Source: an uncultured virus (IMG/VR IMGVR_UViG_3300038393_001252)
Lineage: Duplodnaviria > Heunggongvirae > Uroviricota > Caudoviricetes
DNA: 64,000 nt
Direction: 5' to 3' (one strand)
Virus record (IMG/VR): IMGVR_UViG_3300038393_001252
Each line of letters opens with the position of its first letter. The first letter of the stretch is position 1. Position numbers and translations under genes: made by a program. Shown here one piece after another: positions 18,881 through 28,369 of the stretch. The notes under the pieces were generated by a model, which worked only from the letters and a program-made list of their open reading frames with translations, was not told the origin of the DNA and did not search any database.

Positions 18881-18969
18881 GCTGCCTCCAAGAAAATGCC
18901 GGTCTTTCCCGGCTGTCATCCACACTGTACTTTAACGCCCGACTTTCTGTGGAATTCCAGGCGCGCTCC

Positions 18970-19968
18970 TTAGCCAGCGGGCTTCTGCATCCAGGGTGGA
19001 ACCAGCGTGGCGGCACCGGGCACGGGGCCCACAGGGGTCGCAGCAGCGGCGGGCACAGCAGGCGTAGCCGGGGCGGTAGGCAGGGTGACCGCGGCAGGGG
19101 TAGCCGGAGGCGTCGGGTTCACCATCTCCATGTACCCGTGCTCCAGCAGCAACGCGTCCGTCCAGCCTTGCTTAATGAAGTCGTCATACGGCAGGCCGTT
19201 AGCCTTAGCCGTCATCTGCTTCACCGGCGGAAGCGTGATTTGGGCGGGCGGGGTTGGGGCGGGCGGGGTGGGCGGCGGCGCGTTGACCACGGGTGCATTG
19301 TTGACCGCAGCGGGCTGAGCCGCCACAGGCTGTGCAGCCGGAGGTTGAGCAGGAGTTGCAGCGACCGCAGTTGCGGCTCCCGGAAAACCGGGAAACCCAG
19401 CAGGTGCACCCATGGGTTGGGCCGGTGCTGCTGTGCCTGCTGCGCCGCCCGCTGCCCAGGGTTGCGCGGGGAAACCAGCTGGCACAGCGGTAGCAGCGGC
19501 CGCCGCGGTTTGGTGCAGCGCAGGCATCCCCATCGCCGCAGGGGCGCCGGCCGTGGTGCCCGTGGGTTCGTTAATGTTCTTGTAGGCAGTGATGTCATTG
19601 GAGGCCTCGTAGTCACCATCCGCTTTCCGCACCTTCACTTTCACCTTCAAGGGTTTGCCGTGCAGCATCTGGCTGTCCGCAACCATGCCAACCATGCCCA
19701 CGGCGTGGCAGACGGCGGAGAGTTGCTTGTAGCCGATTTCCTGCGCCATGGGGTTGGCGTTGCGGATGTTGAACCGCGCAAACAGCTTGCGCCCAGCGAA
19801 CTGACCGTCGATGATGTTGAAGCGGCATTCCAGGTACATGCCCCCTTCTGCCTTCGTCGGCTTAACGTCCGACTCGTCCATCATCACGTTGTACCACCCC
19901 GCAGGAATGGGGTCGCCCACACCCGTATCGGGTGCGACTTGCGAGCTATCAAAGTTAAGCAATGCCAT
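18970..19968 (-). CDS. single-stranded DNA-binding protein (DUF669-type) with Pro/Ala-rich tail
   Basis: PIPAGWYNV, GQFAGRKLF, C-terminal PPW; downstream of Sak4. Confidence 0.8.
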   Translation of the reverse strand: MALLNFDSSQVAPDTGVGDPIPAGWYNVMMDESDVKPTKAEGGMYLECRFNIIDGQFAGRKLFARFNIRNANPMAQEIGYKQLSAVCHAVGMVGMVADSQMLHGKPLKVKVKVRKADGDYEASNDITAYKNINEPTGTTAGAPAAMGMPALHQTAAAAATAVPAGFPAQPWAAGGAAGTAAPAQPMGAPAGFPGFPGAATAVAATPAQPPAAQPVAAQPAAVNNAPVVNAPPPTPPAPTPPAQITLPPVKQMTAKANGLPYDDFIKQGWTDALLLEHGYMEMVNPTPPATPAAVTLPTAPATPAVPAAAATPVGPVPGAATLVPPWMQKPAG

Positions 19969-19972
19969 TCTA

Positions 19973-20695
19973 TTAGGCTCCTATTTTGGCAAAAATGTGG
20001 GCGAGGTGGGGAGGTTCCATAGGTGCCAAGGCGCCCGACCGATCCTTGGCTTGGAACTGCATATCAGGCTGCGTCTGCAAGAACCTGAAGGCGTTACCCT
20101 GCGGATCCTTATTCACACCCAGCCTAAAAACTTCGTCGTACATATACGGCAGCTTGACGCTGAGCTTAGCTCCAGGCATCATGGGACCGTACCTGACCAC
20201 ACCAGTGAGCTCATCCTTCATGGGCTCCATTTTGCTGGTCATAATCACATGCTTCCCGGGCAAGTTAACGAACGCCCGGATCAGCGTTTCCATCTTTTCA
20301 ATCAGTTCCCCGTAAGCCTGTCGCGGGTCCCTCACCGTCCGCTTAGCCGCGTTCAGCACCACTTCTGCAATCTCCGTTAAGCTGTCCAGGTACAGCGTTT
20401 GGATTGCACCCATGCTGGGATTGGTGGTGCAGAACGTGTAGGCCTCGTTCAGGTCTTCCAGGGAGCGGATGATAATTGCTGGTACATCATAGGTGATGCC
20501 CGGCGTACCGACTCCAAAAAGCCTCTCCAGGTTTGACCGGCGCAGCGAAAGCATACCAGCCTCCACGGCGAGGATGAGCGGAGAAGGTGCGGTGGCGGCA
20601 AGTGTGGTCTTGCCCGTACCAGCTTCACCATAGACGAGCCCCTTGATGCCGTGGTTGTCTGAGTGCTGGTTAGACGTAGTGAATTGAAGTGACAT
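19973..20695 (-). CDS. Sak4-like AAA ssDNA-annealing ATPase
   Basis: YGEAGTGKT, LDSLTEI, AKDRSG. Confidence 0.85.
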   Translation of the reverse strand: MSLQFTTSNQHSDNHGIKGLVYGEAGTGKTTLAATAPSPLILAVEAGMLSLRRSNLERLFGVGTPGITYDVPAIIIRSLEDLNEAYTFCTTNPSMGAIQTLYLDSLTEIAEVVLNAAKRTVRDPRQAYGELIEKMETLIRAFVNLPGKHVIMTSKMEPMKDELTGVVRYGPMMPGAKLSVKLPYMYDEVFRLGVNKDPQGNAFRFLQTQPDMQFQAKDRSGALAPMEPPHLAHIFAKIGA

Positions 20696-20769
20696 GCTTG
20701 TCCTGGGGTGAGCGGGTAACTATAGCGGAAACGTGGATTCATGCTGGATATTTTAATCCTTTAGATATT

Positions 20770-20964
20770 CTAGTAAATAATGACAGCTTGAGTGTCCACA
20801 CCGTCAACTTTGACAGTCTCCTGACGAAGGAACGGTACAGTACACTCCTCGAACACGTCGTTATCTGGGGGTACGAGCACCAGCATGTCTGGCGGGTACT
20901 TCATCAACTCCATAATGAGCCTTGTCACGTTCATTGGTTCAGGTGACTTCAGTTCCAATGCCAT
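20770..20964 (-). CDS. hypothetical protein
   Basis: Start re-set to MALELKS, just after the ligase stop. Confidence 0.55.
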   Translation of the reverse strand: MALELKSPEPMNVTRLIMELMKYPPDMLVLVPPDNDVFEECTVPFLRQETVKVDGVDTQAVIIY

Positions 20965-20968
20965 GATT

Positions 20969-21937
20969 TTAATCCTTTTCGATGGTGTCTGCCAGCGAGC
21001 GGAAAGACTGGAAGGTGGGGAAACGGGGCTTGTCCTTGACACCGTGAGGGAAGATTTGCCCCTTCATGCGTCGACCTTGGATGAGGTGTGGTTCGCGCAT
21101 AAACTTCTTGCGCTCGTCGTGCCCCATTTTACCAGGGCTGAACTCAATAAGCTCCCCGCGCCTGTGCACCACCTTACCCGTAAACGGGTGCTTGGCGTCT
21201 TCCAGCAACTCGGCGACAATGGTACCCACCATTCCGTTCGGTACCATGTTTGCCTGGTGCGTACTGCGCTCAGTGTGCCCATTGGCGTTGATCTTAGCCT
21301 CGTTCAGGTTCGTCCGCCCTTCACGCACATTGTGAATCTGGCAGTCGACCTCAATGAAGTTCTTAATGCGCAAGAGCCCGCGGTGCGTGGGGCTGCTGCG
21401 CCCGTTCTTGTGGATGCCATAGGGGTTGCGGATAATGGTACCCTCGTACCCCGCTTCGCCCCAGTCTTGGATGAGGCACTCCAGCGTTTCCATGTCTTCC
21501 ACATGGTTCATACTTGGCATCATTTGCAGGTGCGCGCCCAGGTTTGGGCGCTGCTCTTTAATCTCGTTCACGCGTTGTTCCGCCAGCTTATACCGCTCAT
21601 GGTACGGCAGCATGACAGTTTCTGGACGCAGGTAGTCAAACACCATCCACAGCAGCCACGGCGTCCCCTCGTGCGTATTAAGCGCGCTCGTCGTCAGGTG
21701 GCACAGGTTGGGATGTGTTTCCTTTTCGGCCGTCATCTCGCCGTCAAAGCCCAGGAACGCACCTTGCGAGAAGAACAGACCGGCGTGCAGGTTCCCAAAC
21801 GGTTTCAGGCTCCGCCCGCTCAGCCTGCCAAACAAGTTCCCCGCGCGCACCCCATCTACCTTCGGTTGCGCAATGACAGGGAACTCAACCCGCTCAGGAT
21901 CCCAATCTTCAGCCAGCTGGAATTTCGTCAGTTGCAT
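20969..21937 (-). CDS. ATP-dependent DNA ligase
   Basis: QPKVDGVR, FDGE, GYEGTIIR, LLRIK, PRFP. Confidence 0.92.
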   Translation of the reverse strand: MQLTKFQLAEDWDPERVEFPVIAQPKVDGVRAGNLFGRLSGRSLKPFGNLHAGLFFSQGAFLGFDGEMTAEKETHPNLCHLTTSALNTHEGTPWLLWMVFDYLRPETVMLPYHERYKLAEQRVNEIKEQRPNLGAHLQMMPSMNHVEDMETLECLIQDWGEAGYEGTIIRNPYGIHKNGRSSPTHRGLLRIKNFIEVDCQIHNVREGRTNLNEAKINANGHTERSTHQANMVPNGMVGTIVAELLEDAKHPFTGKVVHRRGELIEFSPGKMGHDERKKFMREPHLIQGRRMKGQIFPHGVKDKPRFPTFQSFRSLADTIEKD

Positions 21938-22277
21938 TTCTTGTTACTCCTGCCATCATGTGGTTAATCTTAATCGCCTTCTGCTTGCGCCTGTAGCGCC
22001 TTGCCAACTCCGCTCTTGTCAGCGCGCCACGCGCCGCGTCCACACCTTTGCCCCAGCGGAACGCGGGCTTGAGCGGGAACCCGCGCGAGTCCGGGTGCCA
22101 CTCGGCAATATGAACCAACTTGCGATCGTGCAGCGCATGGACCCAATCACGGATTGTGCGGTTGTGCAGACCAGTGAGATCTGCCATTTCGAAGTAATCT
22201 AGTGCCTCCTCCTGTAAGCCATCCACAAGCATGGCGAACAGGTGCGGGAGCACCCGGACCTGTTTCGGCATAGTCAT
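21909..22277 (-). CDS. putative HTH DNA-binding protein
   Basis: EMADLTGLHNRTIRDWVHAL. Confidence 0.65.
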   Translation of the reverse strand: MTMPKQVRVLPHLFAMLVDGLQEEALDYFEMADLTGLHNRTIRDWVHALHDRKLVHIAEWHPDSRGFPLKPAFRWGKGVDAARGALTRAELARRYRRKQKAIKINHMMAGVTRNATDEIPAG

Positions 22278-22840
22278 TTAACTGGCGGAGGCGGGACAAG
22301 GCTGGGAGCTTGCGGGGCTGCCGCAGCTTCCAGACGCGCTTTGAGTTCCTTGCCGGGTTCCAGCTTGCACTGCGGGGAGCCCGGCTTGGAGTCAATGAAC
22401 ATATTGACCACAGCAGTTTGTTCCGCCGTCAGCTTACGGTATTCCGCAACGCTGAGCTCGGGTTTGAACTTGATCAGCTTGTCCACGCTCAGCCCCAGCA
22501 CCGTGAACAGCATGGCGTCCGGGTCCATCTTGGCAATCTGGTCGTCCGGGTAGCCAGCGGCGCGTAGGATGTGCAAACCGTCACGCACCTTCGTCGTCTG
22601 CAGCACAGACATCTGCACTTGGTCAACAGTGCGCGTGATAACGTGCGTGGCCTTGAACACGTAACCGTCTGGAAGCGCGTACTCGTTCGCGCCCTCCTTC
22701 GGGTTCACAATCAGGGCGCCGAACAGCTTCTTGCGCAGTTCGGATTCCTGGAACTTGAGCACGTCAAGTTGCTTCTTGAGCTCACACCAGCGGTGGATAT
22801 CCGCGGTGGAGACCGTGGGCGGGGGAGGGATAAGAGTCAT
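22274..22840 (-). CDS. hypothetical phage protein
   Basis: 188-aa ORF, GGAG RBS, upstream TATAAT at 22879. Confidence 0.75.
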   Translation of the reverse strand: MTLIPPPPTVSTADIHRWCELKKQLDVLKFQESELRKKLFGALIVNPKEGANEYALPDGYVFKATHVITRTVDQVQMSVLQTTKVRDGLHILRAAGYPDDQIAKMDPDAMLFTVLGLSVDKLIKFKPELSVAEYRKLTAEQTAVVNMFIDSKPGSPQCKLEPGKELKARLEAAAAPQAPSLVPPPPVK

Positions 22841-22909
22841 TTGTTGTACTCCGGGTTAAAGGTTGTGGACGTGAGCTAATTATAACCCGCGTCCACTCGG
22901 CCAAGTAGA

Positions 22910-23509
22910 TTATTGCCTTTGACCCAGGAAACTACGTTTCGTTCCTTCTTCCTCAACCTTGTCCGCGCGCGCCAGCGCCTGCTCGTCGCTGTACTTCCCC
23001 GTCGCGTACCGGCCCGCGATCTTTTCGTTGCCCAGCAACTTGTCCTGATTGATCTGCAGGATTTGCTCGCGGGACGTCCCGATCAGCTCGTAGTAGTCCG
23101 CCAAGTGCGATTCCAGCGCCACGAGGTGCGGGATGATGTGCTCGTCACGGTTGCCGCTTCCGTACACCCACACCTTCTTGGCATGGTCCAGGATCTCGCA
23201 CGCTTCGATGTGGATATAGTCCAGCGCGCTACCAGCGTCAACGCCGACGCCAATGATGTACATGCCGTATTCCGCCTTCGCCGTCTCGCGCGTCATGTCC
23301 ACTTGCTGCCAAGCGGCTTCAAGGTAGAATTCGATGTCGCTCAGCTCCTCCAACTGGTTCTTGCGTGTGGTCGCCTGCCGCAGCTCACCCGTCTCGCCTG
23401 CGATACCGATGGCGGCGTGCAGCATAGCGGCACCGGGGCCTTCCATGACCTTGAACAGGTCCTTGACCATTTGTTCAAACGTGGGGCGCGCGATAATGGA
23501 TTGGTCCAT
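22910..23509 (-). CDS. MazG-like nucleotide pyrophosphohydrolase
   Basis: LHAAIGIAGETGEL...EELSDIEFY, second degenerate half EACEILDHAKK, NQDKL...RY. Confidence 0.75.
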   Translation of the reverse strand: MDQSIIARPTFEQMVKDLFKVMEGPGAAMLHAAIGIAGETGELRQATTRKNQLEELSDIEFYLEAAWQQVDMTRETAKAEYGMYIIGVGVDAGSALDYIHIEACEILDHAKKVWVYGSGNRDEHIIPHLVALESHLADYYELIGTSREQILQINQDKLLGNEKIAGRYATGKYSDEQALARADKVEEEGTKRSFLGQRQ

Positions 23510-23543
23510 GATATTCCTTTGTAGGTAGGTTGGGGAGGGGAAA

Positions 23544-25898
23544 TTACCCCCGAATAGGGGGAAGGGAAACTATACGGTATGCAACACCGTGATAGTCATG
23601 TTTCTCTGCTAGATGTACTTTGTCGACCTCGGACAAGTATCCGTTCTTCTGCATCGCGTTAATTGTCTGGTCAATGCTAAAGGTGCTGCCGTTTTTGGCG
23701 GTGAGAAAGCAACTGATTCTGCCCAAGCGAATCTGTAGGTACCTACGGGGCACAATGTGGGCCTTTTTCAGCGACTCCGGGCACCCGTAGGATTCGGACT
23801 TAGCGCCTTCTTGGATGTATTCCTTGAGCACCGCCGCCATTTTCCGTTCCCTGCTAACGTCGTCATTGCCAACGTCCCCGCTTCGGATCTTAACATCCAT
23901 GATGTAGATGTCCCGGCGGATAAGTCCCAGCGCCCATTCGGCGTGGGCTTTGGTGACCACAGGGTTAACGTGGTTGTCCGCACATGCCAGCAGGCTTGCA
24001 AAGCGGCAGACCTTGAGGTGGGCACGGTTCCACATCTGCCTCTTCGTCTCGTCCGTGGTGCTGTTAATTTCCGCGTCACACTCAACGTCAAACGCGTTAA
24101 GTATTGCCGCAGCCTCTGGGCTGTACAGCACTTGCTGCGTAGCGTGCCGGCCAATGAGCTGTATGGCGTGCTGGCACAAACCTTGCGTGGCCTGCGCCAC
24201 CAGGCCCGGGACTTGCTTGTCCGGGTTCGTGTTCAGCGCCGGTCGCTCCCCGTTATAGTCCACCACCGTAAAACGACTCAAGAACCCGTCTTCCATCATC
24301 GTCTGCGTCAACGAGTCATAGAACGTCCCCGGTGTGGTCTCGCCTATCATCGAGTACGCCACACCCTGCACCGTCTTAACGTCCTTCTCTTTGTCGCTAT
24401 ACCCCATGCCACCCACCAGACTCGCGGGCCCGCTCTTCTGGTACAGGTCCGTCATAGCAGTGCGCAGCGTAGCCATGGGGCCGTCAGCCCTATCGTCGTT
24501 CGACAGCCGCTTGAGCTTGCGCCCCCACTCACCGCTCACGTTCACAAAGCTGTTGTTGACGGCGCAGGCTTTGCGCAGTGCGGGGCCGCTGGCATAGTCC
24601 GTGAAGTCTACGAACCGGCACGCCGAAGGGACGCTAAGCTGCAAGCTCTGCAGCAACAGCGCCAACCCGCTGTGCATCGCCTCCTTGCCCACGCCACTGC
24701 GTGCAACAAGAATGATGTAGACGTTAAGCCCGGACTGCGGGATGCTGTAGGCTTTACCGCAGACGCCGGCGAGGAAACCGAGTGCGGCTACAATGGAGAC
24801 CTCCTTCACGGGTCTCGGGGAGCTCGAGTAAATGAACTGGGCAATGGAGCCCGCGTTACCAGGAGGCCAGGGGAGCGTCCCCTCTTCTTCAGGGTAAATC
24901 CGCTGCTGTCCCGCCAACTGCGCCGCCATCTGGTCTGCTTGCTGTTGTGTGGTCACACCACCCGTCAGCTCCTTAACCAGCTCCGCCGCCATTGCCACTT
25001 GGCTCTGCGTAACAATAGCCTCTCGCTTCTGCCTACCCCTAATAACTTCCAGGGTGTAGTTCAGATATCTATCGTTCTTTACCGCCTTTTCGCGCTGCCC
25101 CAACGCAGTGCACCTAAACAACTGCCTGCACTGCTCGTTGGACTTGGAGTAGAACGCGAACATGGACATCAGCGCTAGGTCCGCCTCACTCTGGCTCGTG
25201 AACCCCAGCTCCTTCCACTTCCCTTCACATAGCGCCAAAAACTTGTCCGCGTTGGCTGCTGTAGAGGCCTTCTCGAACACCTCCATGTCTGTGTCTTCGG
25301 GTTCAACCTCTTCCAGCTCTGTCCGAATGTCGCTGCCCTGGCTGCGGATCTCGTCAACGAGGAGGTCAATAACCTCCTGCCTGTCTTCGATTCCCTTGGG
25401 CCGTACGGAGTTACCTGTGCAGACAATGAACCGTTCCTGGGAATAAACCTCCACGCCCTGACGTCGCGCTCCTGCGCCGATGAAAGCGCGAACCCAGATA
25501 TGGACGCCGTAGCCACCGCTAGATACTTCAGTATACGAGTCGAGTTCGTTGATGATGCGGTTATAACGGCTGAGTTCAGAATCACTAGTCCACTTGAGCG
25601 GATCAATTGGTTTCCCCTTGCGCCGTTGCGTTTCCTCGTTGACCACATCCAGGTCAACGCACGCCCACGGGTCTTGTTGTGTAATCATGAAGCCTATTTC
25701 AGCGCCCTCCATTCTGGAGGCCCACTGTACGGCGGATTCGAAGTCCATCCACTGCTCAGGCTTGTGGAGGCTCGCGTGTGTGACTTGTTCGCCGCTGACT
25801 GCGTAGGGAGCACGGTCTGGACCCGCAATGCACCATTGCCGGACAGCTCGCATCTCCTCGGGCAGGTTGCGGATTCTCGCAGCCTGCTCCGGTGTCAT
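23544..25898 (-). CDS. AEP primase-polymerase fused to a DUF3987-type P-loop helicase domain
   Basis: CVDLD, TEVSSGGYGVH, VEVYSQERF, SEADLAL, ARSGVGKE, DGFLSRF; start re-set to MTPEQ. Confidence 0.85.
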   Translation of the reverse strand: MTPEQAARIRNLPEEMRAVRQWCIAGPDRAPYAVSGEQVTHASLHKPEQWMDFESAVQWASRMEGAEIGFMITQQDPWACVDLDVVNEETQRRKGKPIDPLKWTSDSELSRYNRIINELDSYTEVSSGGYGVHIWVRAFIGAGARRQGVEVYSQERFIVCTGNSVRPKGIEDRQEVIDLLVDEIRSQGSDIRTELEEVEPEDTDMEVFEKASTAANADKFLALCEGKWKELGFTSQSEADLALMSMFAFYSKSNEQCRQLFRCTALGQREKAVKNDRYLNYTLEVIRGRQKREAIVTQSQVAMAAELVKELTGGVTTQQQADQMAAQLAGQQRIYPEEEGTLPWPPGNAGSIAQFIYSSSPRPVKEVSIVAALGFLAGVCGKAYSIPQSGLNVYIILVARSGVGKEAMHSGLALLLQSLQLSVPSACRFVDFTDYASGPALRKACAVNNSFVNVSGEWGRKLKRLSNDDRADGPMATLRTAMTDLYQKSGPASLVGGMGYSDKEKDVKTVQGVAYSMIGETTPGTFYDSLTQTMMEDGFLSRFTVVDYNGERPALNTNPDKQVPGLVAQATQGLCQHAIQLIGRHATQQVLYSPEAAAILNAFDVECDAEINSTTDETKRQMWNRAHLKVCRFASLLACADNHVNPVVTKAHAEWALGLIRRDIYIMDVKIRSGDVGNDDVSRERKMAAVLKEYIQEGAKSESYGCPESLKKAHIVPRRYLQIRLGRISCFLTAKNGSTFSIDQTINAMQKNGYLSEVDKVHLAEKHDYHGVAYRIVSLPPIRG

Positions 25899-26164
25899 TC
25901 GTTGACGCCCCCTTGCTTGCGGCAGCCCACGGTGAGCTTCCACGCTTCAAGGTGCTTGCGGATGATTTCGCGCTCCCACACTGTAACAACAGTGTCGCCA
26001 ACGGAAATGGGTTCAGGTAGGAACCCGCGTTGCTTAGCTCGCAACACAGCCGGTCTGCTCACACCAACCTCCTCCGCAATCTGGGTCGCCGTAATGTATT
26101 TTTCGTCAAACCGCTCTTGCGCCGTTTTAGGCGGTGCGGCGGCGGGCGTCTCGGTATTAGTCAT
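25895..26164 (-). CDS. AlpA/excisionase-like HTH protein
   Basis: ITATQIAEEVGVSRPAV...GFLPEPISVG...W. Confidence 0.7.
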   Translation of the reverse strand: MTNTETPAAAPPKTAQERFDEKYITATQIAEEVGVSRPAVLRAKQRGFLPEPISVGDTVVTVWEREIIRKHLEAWKLTVGCRKQGGVNE

Positions 26165-26225
26165 CGTTTGTCCTAAGCGCAAGCTGCGCAGTATATGCGT
26201 TGCCGCTGCGTTACAACAACGATTG

Positions 26226-26792
26226 TTAACCGCTGCCGTCCCGCAGTTTTTCGTATTCCGCTCGCGCCTCGTTAACGAGAACTTGGCGCGCGTCTACCTG
26301 CTCCTGTATCTGTGCCTTCATAGCGTTAATCTGGCTCATAAGCCATGCGTTGCACTCGCGCGCAAAGTCGTTGAGCTCGACCCTTCTTTTATTCCACAGG
26401 TCGTGAGCTTCCTTGAGAGCCTTTCTGTCCGTTCCAGGTGCAATGCGCGGGCGCCCCCTTCCACGGGGTTCGCTGGGGTCGCGTGGCACATGCACCTCCA
26501 CGTCCTTTAGCGGGTTCGGCGGTCGGCCCCTGCGCTTCTGCACCGCCTGGTCCTCCTGCCGTATCTCCGCCATCTGCCTGTCAAACTCTGCCTGGTCGTT
26601 GTCCATGAACTCCTGCCACAGGCGCCAGTGCTCCACCGCCCGGTGGTACGTTTTTGGGCAGCCTACGAACTGGCTGGGCTTACCCAGCACACTTCGCAAC
26701 TGTTCCACACGAGCCGCAGGCAGGTTCTTGGTGAGCTCGTAGAACTCCTGCTGAGCCTCATAAGACTCGAACATCTGATCGTTGAAGATCAT
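26226..26792 (-). CDS. coiled-coil protein with two AT-hook-like motifs
   Basis: KRRGRPP and RGRGRPR. Confidence 0.7.
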   Translation of the reverse strand: MIFNDQMFESYEAQQEFYELTKNLPAARVEQLRSVLGKPSQFVGCPKTYHRAVEHWRLWQEFMDNDQAEFDRQMAEIRQEDQAVQKRRGRPPNPLKDVEVHVPRDPSEPRGRGRPRIAPGTDRKALKEAHDLWNKRRVELNDFARECNAWLMSQINAMKAQIQEQVDARQVLVNEARAEYEKLRDGSG

Positions 26793-26971
26793 TTGTGCTT
26801 CCGTTTCTTAAACAAGTCAGCCTCCGTAAGCCCGTGCTCTGCAATAAGGGTGCGACACTGCGCAATCGCTTCTTGCAACAGCTGGGCACGCAGCTCAGCG
26901 ATTCGCTCTTCGAGCTTCTCGCGCTGCCGCACCAGCGTTGCCAAGGTGTGGTTACAGCTATTTCGCTTCAT
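26789..26971 (-). CDS. H-NS N-terminal (oligomerisation) domain-only protein
   Basis: LVRQREKLEERIAELR...AIAQCRTLIAEHGLTEADLF; no C-terminal DNA-binding domain. Confidence 0.7.
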   Translation of the reverse strand: MKRNSCNHTLATLVRQREKLEERIAELRAQLLQEAIAQCRTLIAEHGLTEADLFKKRKHK

Positions 26972-27218
26972 GGGTTTCCCCAATGAGCCTGATGCTGTGC
27001 TCCGTCCGTTTCAGCACCAGCAGGTCGTGGCCACTGTTGCGGTTGCAGATAACGGCGGCGCCGTATTGCTCCACGATGAGGCGCATGGCGCTGTTCCGCT
27101 TCGCATTGTCAAAGCTCGCAGCGTAGCCGTATTTATGCACGGGCTTGCTGCTGTACCCTTCGGATTCGATGTAGTAGCGCGTCTGGTACGGACGCGCATG
27201 CTTGCCAAGTTTGGCCAC
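26958..27218 (-). CDS. hypothetical protein
   Basis: GTG start with GGAG RBS. Confidence 0.55.
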   Translation of the reverse strand: MAKLGKHARPYQTRYYIESEGYSSKPVHKYGYAASFDNAKRNSAMRLIVEQYGAAVICNRNSGHDLLVLKRTEHSIRLIGETHEAK

Positions 27219-27302
27219 TTGAGACTCCGGTCTGGTTAGTTGGTGCGTACAGTTTACACCCGTTAAGCAGACAAAGGCGACTGTACGTTGCAAGGGGTTG
27301 TT

Positions 27303-27650
27303 TTATTTGCAACTATTCTTAACTGCCTCCCAGGCTCGCGTCCAATCAACAGGACGGTCCTGGTAGACTTCCAGGGGACAGCCGGGGCGCCCCTTTGGCC
27401 ACAGCAGCCGTTCAACTGCCTGGTCAATCATAACTTGGCTGGGCCACATCACAAAGCCTGCCTCGTCATCGTCCACCGTTTCGTGCGCCACGATAACAGT
27501 GTCGTCGAAGTGCTGGTGGTAGGAATCCAGCGCCTCCTGTTCAGTCGCACCGCCCACGAGGGGGATGGTTAGGCACCCGTACTTCCAACCATCGGGGCTC
27601 GCGATGAAACGAGGTTTCGAGTAGATACGGATGCGCTTCGTCATAACCAC
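27303..27650 (-). CDS. hypothetical protein
   Basis: AGGAGG RBS, operon position. Confidence 0.7.
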   Translation of the reverse strand: MVMTKRIRIYSKPRFIASPDGWKYGCLTIPLVGGATEQEALDSYHQHFDDTVIVAHETVDDDEAGFVMWPSQVMIDQAVERLLWPKGRPGCPLEVYQDRPVDWTRAWEAVKNSCK

Positions 27651-27655
27651 ACCTC

Positions 27656-28066
27656 CTAGCAGAAGACCTCGGTGTCGAACAACCCGAGCTGAACAATAAG
27701 GTCCGAAATGTTGGCGTCAATGTTGCACGCGTCATTTTCAACGAGCGCCCGAGTCACGTATTCCTTTGTTTGCGGGTTGATGTTGGGCAGCATCAGAAGG
27801 CGCTGAATGCCGCGGTGGATGACCTCCGGGGTGACAACTGTGCGAGCCGGAAAGTCGTCCGGTTCATCGCGCGGGCTAATAACCAGCGTCGGGAAGGGCT
27901 TGGGCCTCCACTCCATTACAGGCTTCCCCTTGTCTTCGTCGCGCGCCCAAACGTATTCGTCAGCCACTGCCCAGTAACCAATGCCGCCCTCAGCAGCCGT
28001 GGTCGCAATGTCGCCCAGCAGTTCCAGCGTTGGCGTAATGGAAAGGGAGATAGGAAGGATGTGCAT
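27656..28066 (-). CDS. hypothetical phage protein
   Basis: EGGIGYWA...DLIVQLGLF; GAGG RBS. Confidence 0.75.
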   Translation of the reverse strand: MHILPISLSITPTLELLGDIATTAAEGGIGYWAVADEYVWARDEDKGKPVMEWRPKPFPTLVISPRDEPDDFPARTVVTPEVIHRGIQRLLMLPNINPQTKEYVTRALVENDACNIDANISDLIVQLGLFDTEVFC

Positions 28067-28078
28067 TTTGTTGTACCT

Positions 28079-28369
28079 CTATTGAATCATGAGGGGTATT
28101 GTACACAGTTGGACGTATCCGTCAATGACGGTTTCGACTTCTTCCTCCGTGGGTGTAACCATGTTCCAATGGTCAATGTGGAGCTTGAAGCCACCGGCAG
28201 CGATACCGTGGAGGAAGACGGCGGCATTGCTGCGCTTGTCTACGATTTCGTAGGCAGGGATGCCAAGCGTCTGGTGCCCGACAACGACGAACGTGTCATT
28301 GTCAAATAGGAGGCTGCACTGGAACGTGTCAGATGACAGCGTGCGGGCGAATGGAATGGCGGTGTCCAT
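28079..28369 (-). CDS. DUF3567-family protein
   Basis: LLFDNDTFVVV...YEIVDKRSN..VFL.G...W...TPTEEEVE..IDGY. Confidence 0.7.
   Translation of the reverse strand: MDTAIPFARTLSSDTFQCSLLFDNDTFVVVGHQTLGIPAYEIVDKRSNAAVFLHGIAAGGFKLHIDHWNMVTPTEEEVETVIDGYVQLCTIPLMIQ

Noticed and set aside
25895..26164. Excisionase implying a prophage
   Set aside because: No integrase, repressor pair, att site or host flanks in the window
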